Assembly (NCBI GenBank): GCA_014729025.1 | Contig: WJKP01000014.1 | Span: 543 to 64,542, forward strand | Reading direction: 5' to 3' | Length of the DNA: 64,000 nt | Origin: Candidatus Buchananbacteria bacterium | GTDB lineage: Bacteria > Patescibacteriota > Patescibacteriia > CAIXNZ01 | Shown: positions 59,489 to 64,000 of the stretch, piece by piece | Numbering within the stretch: the stretch's first letter is position 1 | How the letters are laid out: every line of letters begins with the position of its first letter | Made by a program: the position numbers and the translations under genes | The notes under the pieces: generated by a model | Told to the model about the DNA's origin: nothing | Database searches by the model: none | Seen by the model: only the letters and a program-made list of their open reading frames with translations

Positions 59489-60076
59489 TTAAATTATATT
59501 AAATAAAATTAAAATACCCAATATTAACAAGCCCAAAATTGCGATTTCTTTTTTGTATTTTAATTTGTAAAGTTTCTCTGAAAAATAAATCACCAAAATA
59601 ATCTGCAATATAGTGGCTATGATAATACCACTGGCCACTGCCAGTTTTAAATAAAAATTAAGATTAACAAATAGCCCGGCAAATACAATGCTGTCATCAA
59701 TCAAAGTCACAAAAGCCACAATAAAGCCAGCCAAAATTGTTTGGAAAAATTTTTGTAAAGAAACTTTTTTTATGACTTTTTTTTCAATTTTACTGCTTTT
59801 TTTAGCTTTAAAAACATCAAAGTAAACCAAACCAGCTAAAATAAAAATCAACCCGGCACTGATTATTTTGGTATAAGCAAAAGAGCTTAAAACCCAAGCA
59901 AAAATTATACTGATTACAATCACCAGTAAAACCGCTAAAAAATTACCAATAGAAAAGGCGATCTTGTCTTTACGGGTGCGGGTTAAACTGGCAATCAAAG
60001 GGATTCTGGTCAAAAAATCATCAAAACTGGCAATTGTTTTGGTAAATAAACCTAAAATAATGTATTTATAAAACAT
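59489..60076 (-). CDS. Hypothetical polytopic membrane protein
   Basis: 195 aa; 5-6 TM. Confidence 0.35.
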   Translation of the reverse strand: MFYKYIILGLFTKTIASFDDFLTRIPLIASLTRTRKDKIAFSIGNFLAVLLVIVISIIFAWVLSSFAYTKIISAGLIFILAGLVYFDVFKAKKSSKIEKKVIKKVSLQKFFQTILAGFIVAFVTLIDDSIVFAGLFVNLNFYLKLAVASGIIIATILQIILVIYFSEKLYKLKYKKEIAILGLLILGILILFNII

Positions 60077-60079
60077 TAA

Positions 60080-61309
60080 TTATTTTTTCAATAATTTAAA
60101 AATTAAAATTAAAAGTAACAGCAAAATCACAAAAACGCCAAGCAAAACCAGATAAAACATAGAACCTGTCAGCTGACCGGTTTCTTTTACAAAATCAGTC
60201 TTTTTATCTTTAAAACTAAAATCTTTAATGGCTACTTTTCGAAAACCGTCTTGTTCATAAATTTGGGCGACTTTTTCTCCGTCCGGACTCAGCACGCCGA
60301 CTTGTTCAATATAATCATTATCACTGTAAAGATACCGACTAAAATCACAACAAGGTTTTTGTTCACTTTCACCTAATTGTTCGATCTGATCAGACAATAA
60401 ATCATACTGATAAACCGGGTAATTCACATAAAGATCCTGATCAGCTGAAAATTTTAAATAATCCAAACTTAAACGGTCAAAAGTTAGCAGTAATTCATTA
60501 CGGTTTTGGGAAAAATAATCATCCAAATCAATTGTCTTGGTAATTGATTTTTGAGTATTATAAATTTTGATTTCTTGTAAAGAAGCGTAAATCAAATAAT
60601 TGTTTTGCGGTGACCAAATCGGTTCAGTAATCAAATAACCAGCCACGTTTTCCAATTGTCTGACTTTGTTATTTTGCAAATCATGTAATTCAACCTGCGG
60701 TTGCTGGTTTTTAAATTTTATAACTGCCACGTAATTACTGTCAGCTGACCAGACCGGATTAAAATATCCTTGATACTGTAGAAATTGCTCTATTTCAGGC
60801 TGGTATTTAGTTAAAATCTCGTTACGGTCAACTGTTAGTTCGGTTTGATTAGTATCAAGTTCTTGCAAAGCCAAAACCATGGCTAATAAATCAGTCAAAT
60901 CCTGGGAAAAAGTATCGATTTTATAACAACTGCCAATATTGACTGGTTCGCCGCCTTCATCACCATTAGACAAGATACAATTATCTTTTAATCTTAAATT
61001 TATAATATTAATGTCATTGCCATAAGCAATCGTTGAATCAATTAAAATCTTTTTATCAGTTAATTGGTCGGTTTTGACTAGTTTTTCTCTAGCATAGTCA
61101 AGCACTGCGACATTATTATTAAGCCTGGCAAAAGCTTCGGTTGAAGTATAGCCGCTAAAATAATTTAGATAAACCGAACCGCTTTGAAAAATATCACTGC
61201 CATAAACAGTAGCTTGGCTGGGTAAAACTATACCAAACATTAAAACAAAAATAATAAAACATAAAATTATTTTTTTCATAAATTTGTAATTAATAATTAT
61301 TATTTTCAA
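60080..61309 (-). CDS. Secreted/anchored TolB-like (PD40) beta-propeller protein
   Basis: 409 aa; signal peptide, WSADSNYVAV / WSPQNNYLIYAS PD40-like repeats, C-terminal TM. Confidence 0.4.
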   Translation of the reverse strand: MKIIIINYKFMKKIILCFIIFVLMFGIVLPSQATVYGSDIFQSGSVYLNYFSGYTSTEAFARLNNNVAVLDYAREKLVKTDQLTDKKILIDSTIAYGNDINIINLRLKDNCILSNGDEGGEPVNIGSCYKIDTFSQDLTDLLAMVLALQELDTNQTELTVDRNEILTKYQPEIEQFLQYQGYFNPVWSADSNYVAVIKFKNQQPQVELHDLQNNKVRQLENVAGYLITEPIWSPQNNYLIYASLQEIKIYNTQKSITKTIDLDDYFSQNRNELLLTFDRLSLDYLKFSADQDLYVNYPVYQYDLLSDQIEQLGESEQKPCCDFSRYLYSDNDYIEQVGVLSPDGEKVAQIYEQDGFRKVAIKDFSFKDKKTDFVKETGQLTGSMFYLVLLGVFVILLLLLILIFKLLKK

Positions 61310-61375
61310 TAAATATTCTTTGTACTACTGCCTAATTCCTAATACCTATTGCCTGCCTTAATTTTAACTTTAATT
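61248..61375. repeat. 128-bp direct repeat, copy 1 (covers the first about 20 codons and upstream region of CDS 60080..61309)
   Basis: Identical by eye to 62521..62648. Confidence 0.8.
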
Positions 61376-61394
61376 ATAAGTAAAGTCAAAGATA

Positions 61395-61423
61395 TTGACA
61401 AAAATTAAAATATGTGCTATGAT
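61395..61423 (+). promoter_or_regulatory. Promoter module 1: AGTCAAAG-TTGACA-17-TATGAT
   Basis: Consensus -35, 17-nt spacer, good -10; followed by SD AAAAAGGAGGAAAA and ATG at 61485. Confidence 0.5.
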
Positions 61424-61484
61424 ATAATAATTCATCCTCCTTTACCCTGATTAAAAAGGGATTGTCCCAAAAAAAGGAGGAAAA

Positions 61485-61772
61485 ATGGAACTTCATCTCG
61501 GATTGGAAAATCAGCAGCTGTACAAAGGCTGCGAGGTAACTGAAGTAGCAGGGCGCATGACCCTGACTACTCCGGTTGAGGAAGCGGTCAACATTGTTGG
61601 CCGCAACATTAAGGAAATAGTGGACGCAACAGAGGATCGGGAAGAAATCGTTCTGACTGGTCCTATGGCTGTGTGGAGCTACTTAGTAGTTTTCCACGCA
61701 GTAGTTCACTCTTTCAAAAAAGTCTTTTATGCTGACGGCAAAGGCGATAAAGTCTTGATTGCCATGCATTAA
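61485..61772 (+). CDS. Hypothetical 95-aa protein, GC-rich relative to the genome (roughly 46-48% vs about 30%)
   Basis: Strong SD, intrinsic terminator downstream; no recognised motif. Confidence 0.5.
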   Translation: MELHLGLENQQLYKGCEVTEVAGRMTLTTPVEEAVNIVGRNIKEIVDATEDREEIVLTGPMAVWSYLVVFHAVVHSFKKVFYADGKGDKVLIAMH

Positions 61773-61783
61773 ACAGGTCCGAC

Positions 61784-61813
61784 GAGGGGAACCTTTAATC
61801 CCCTCTTTTTTTA
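61784..61813 (+). terminator. Rho-independent terminator
   Basis: GAGGGGA-loop-TCCCCTC then TTTTTTTT. Confidence 0.65.
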
Positions 61814-61883
61814 TTGGCAAAATTATTTCAAATAAAATTTTAAAAAAACAATTGCTGTTTTAATTTTAGCCAAAGTCAAAGCT

Positions 61884-61912
61884 TGACAATTTATAAAAAT
61901 AAGGTTAAATTA
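61884..61912 (+). promoter_or_regulatory. Promoter module 2: AGTCAAAGC-TTGACA-17-TAAATT
   Basis: Same architecture as modules 1 and 3; followed by SD AAGGAGGAAA and ATG at 61963. Confidence 0.5.
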
Positions 61913-61962
61913 ATATATACGATAATTTTGTAAAAATGATCTTTTTAAAAAAGGAGGAAATC

Positions 61963-62025
61963 ATGGGTAAAGGCGCTAAGTCAAAGGTGAAAAAAATTCA
62001 AGCAAAGATAAAATTTAAATTTTAA
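61963..62025 (+). CDS. 20-aa lysine-rich peptide MGKGAKSKVKKIQAKIKFKF
   Basis: Consensus promoter, perfect SD, terminator immediately after the stop codon; function unknown. Confidence 0.4.
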   Translation: MGKGAKSKVKKIQAKIKFKF

Positions 62026-62056
62026 GCCGCCTGATAAAAAATCAGGCGGCTTTTAC
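62026..62056. terminator. Bidirectional terminator GCCGCCTGAT-loop-ATCAGGCGGC shared by convergent small ORFs
   Basis: 10-bp perfect stem with A-run on one side and T-run on the other. Confidence 0.65.
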
Positions 62057-62062
62057 TTGCTG

Positions 62063-62233
62063 TCATCTACGCGAATACTTTTTTTTATCGCCAGTGCATC
62101 CAAGTATTGTTTTTATACGGCCGCTACCACCACAGGCTGAACAAGTTGTAGTGGTACAGCTATTACTGTCACCACGACTGATAACCTGTTTCTTGCCAGA
62201 ACCACCACAGGAAGAACAACTTTTCCATCCCAT
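62063..62233 (-). CDS. 56-aa DnaJ-type zinc-finger (CxxCxGxG x2) small protein
   Basis: Hand translation MGWKSCSSCGGSGKKQVISRGDSNSCTTTTCSACGGSGRIKTILGCTGDKKKYSRR; SD GAGGAGG 8 nt upstream; below ORF-track cutoff. Confidence 0.5.
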   Translation of the reverse strand: MGWKSCSSCGGSGKKQVISRGDSNSCTTTTCSACGGSGRIKTILGCTGDKKKYSRR

Positions 62234-62520
62234 CTTAATTACCTCCTCAGATGATTTAAAAAATTTAACTATTTCACTTTTTCCATCTATATATAACCTC
62301 CTTCTTAAAAAATAAAGCTAAAAAATGCCCCTTATTAAGGTTACATATAATAAATTAATTTGTCAAGCCCAAAAATAAAATAGCTCATAAGAACTATTTT
62401 TCATATTTTATTTTTATTATAACAAAACAAACATCATATTTTAAAAACCATCTGAAAGATGATATACTTTCTTAGTAATTATCAATTTTATGCAAGTACC
62501 AAGAGGTAAAAATAGATGAT

Positions 62521-62648
62521 AAAATAATAAAACATAAAATTATTTTTTTCATAAATTTGTAATTAATAATTATTATTTTCAATAAATATTCTTTGTACTA
62601 CTGCCTAATTCCTAATACCTATTGCCTGCCTTAATTTTAACTTTAATT
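62521..62648. repeat. 128-bp direct repeat, copy 2 (carries a truncated duplicate of the 5' end of CDS 60080..61309)
   Basis: Identical by eye to 61248..61375. Confidence 0.8.
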
Positions 62649-62665
62649 TTAGTCAAAGTTAAAGC

Positions 62666-62694
62666 TTGACAAAACATAAAGATGATGTTAAATT
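62666..62694 (+). promoter_or_regulatory. Promoter module 3: AGTCAAAGTTAAAGC-TTGACA-17-TAAATT
   Basis: Followed by SD AAAAAAGGAGGAAACA and ATG at 62740. Confidence 0.5.
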
Positions 62695-62739
62695 AGACTA
62701 TTCAATCTTAAACAAAGAACCTTAAAAAAGGAGGAAACA

Positions 62740-63627
62740 ATGTTTAGAAACACATGGGCGATTTGGTTATTAATCTTTCAAATTGGATTGCATTTCCTAA
62801 ACCTTTGGGTCTTACCCCATCGGAACGGCGTGCCAGTTTCTAATCTCAGGATAATCATGAACTTAGTGGCGGGTATTGGGACTATCATATTCGCCTACTG
62901 GGCGTGGCGACAGATAAGCAGAATCTACCTACATTACAAGGTATTGCGCCTTTTCCCCCAGATAATTGGGCATGAACCGGTTTTGGGCGAATTATTTTTC
63001 GCTGCTATCAGTATGAGTGGTTTGGAAATCTATGAGAAATCGAAGCCACATTTTGAACAGAACGAACGAAATATACAGAGAGATAAAAAAATCTCCGCTA
63101 AATTACGAAAAGACCGGCAACGTCTAAAACAACAAACCTTTAAGCAAGCTGAAGTTTATTGGCAAGACCTGGCTGAACTGCATGCTTGGAAAGTTTTTCT
63201 TCAAGAAATCGTACCTGAAACTCTGGCAATTGATATTCAGCCTATCCTGGATAATATTCAGCTCAGCCAAGAGTCACGGCAAGATATCCGTAAGGTCAGG
63301 GACGACCTACAAGCGTGGCAGGACAGAGGCACCTTAAACGGACCCTTTGACTTGGAGCTTTTTAGCCAAGTAGAACACGCCGGCAGGAAATTTGCTGAAT
63401 TGATAGATAAGGCTATTATTGAAAACGACCGGATTAATCAGCTTCGGGCCAGACTCGCTCAGCAAGCTGGAGCCATGCTCAATGATCCCAGTTTAAAGCT
63501 CAAACTGGGCCCTAAAGACATAGAACTTCTGAAAGAGGTCAAAACCAAAGCCAGTCAACCACTTAAACCACGCGACCTCAGAAAAATACAATATAACTTT
63601 GAACGGGTTGCTAAGACTCTAAACTAA
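62740..63627 (+). CDS. Hypothetical membrane-anchored protein with coiled-coil C-terminal region; GC-rich relative to the genome
   Basis: 295 aa; 2-3 N-terminal TM helices (W-rich), Arg/Gln-rich helical remainder; GC about 45%. Confidence 0.5.
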   Translation: MFRNTWAIWLLIFQIGLHFLNLWVLPHRNGVPVSNLRIIMNLVAGIGTIIFAYWAWRQISRIYLHYKVLRLFPQIIGHEPVLGELFFAAISMSGLEIYEKSKPHFEQNERNIQRDKKISAKLRKDRQRLKQQTFKQAEVYWQDLAELHAWKVFLQEIVPETLAIDIQPILDNIQLSQESRQDIRKVRDDLQAWQDRGTLNGPFDLELFSQVEHAGRKFAELIDKAIIENDRINQLRARLAQQAGAMLNDPSLKLKLGPKDIELLKEVKTKASQPLKPRDLRKIQYNFERVAKTLN

Positions 63628-64000
63628 TTAAGCCCAAACCTCAAACCCAAAGCGTCCCTTCTTATAAGGTGGCGCTTTTTTATTTTAAATAAAATTTCCA
63701 ACAACCAAGGTCTAATTACTAACGCCCAATGCCTAACAACTTATCTAGTTTCATACATCTCAACTGCTTCGTCAAGATCATCAATATCATGTTCATACAT
63801 TAAATCAGCTACTTCTTCAGCTGTATAGCGATCCAAGTTATAATTATCCATTAGTTCTAAAATTGTTTCTGGGTCAGGCATAAAAAAATTTTAATGAGAT
63901 TATTTTTATCTTGTGTCATTTTTTATTTCAACCACTTGTCCAGCAACCAATCGATGTCTTGCTTTTTTTGCCAGTTATGCTGCATTTTTTTGATTAGCTT

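Noticed and set aside
63741-63881. 46-aa acidic minus-strand ORF (MPDPETILELMDNYNLDRYTAEEVADLMYEHDIDDLDEAVEMYETR) near the window end
   Set aside because: There is no SD or promoter upstream and no recognisable motif. It is plausibly real but unsupported from sequence alone.
1-64000. CRISPR arrays, IS elements/transposases, rRNA genes
   Set aside because: I found no regularly spaced short direct repeats, no transposase-like ORFs or terminal inverted repeats, and no rRNA-like conserved stretches.

Overview
The window looks like a low-GC (about 30%), standard-code genome fragment from a reduced-genome, CPR/Patescibacteria-like bacterium. UGA is used as a stop codon, a full-length RF2 is present, and genes are small and tightly packed, mostly on the minus strand.

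Housekeeping genes: pheS/pheT, rseP, murI, a phosphohexomutase, radA, recG, mpg, rsmA, prfB, htrA, msrA/msrB, and the nrdR-nrdD-nrdG anaerobic RNR module. Three tRNAs are present: Arg-GCG, Ser-GCT and Ser-TGA.

The main item is an ~18 kb, nine-gene minus-strand operon (23692..41812) that looks like a type IV secretion (T4SS)-derived machine. It contains:
- a Gram-positive-type VirB4 ATPase, apparently split into an N-domain ORF plus the ATPase ORF
- a VirB3-like small membrane protein
- a VirB6/TrbL-like polytopic protein with a long charged tail
- a possible VirB8-like bitopic protein
- a 2637-aa cysteine-rich giant secreted protein with lectin/CBM-like modules
- a Ca-binding (TSP3-like) anchored protein
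- comF as the last gene

No VirD4, VirB11 or relaxase is present in the window. This resembles a ComB-like DNA-uptake or host-contact apparatus rather than a conjugation system. A DsbA-like oxidoreductase and a possible TrbC/VirB2-like pilin lie ~6 kb away.

Other notable items:
- a short 7TM microbial rhodopsin with schizorhodopsin-like features, next to TspO
- an nrdD whose glycyl-radical domain appears to be a separate 46-aa ORF with its own SD
- tandem NrdR boxes
- a Gly/Lys-repeat membrane protein built from near-perfect 21-bp tandem DNA repeats
- a 3' cassette region with a 128-bp direct repeat and three near-identical promoter modules driving GC-rich ORFs and tiny peptides
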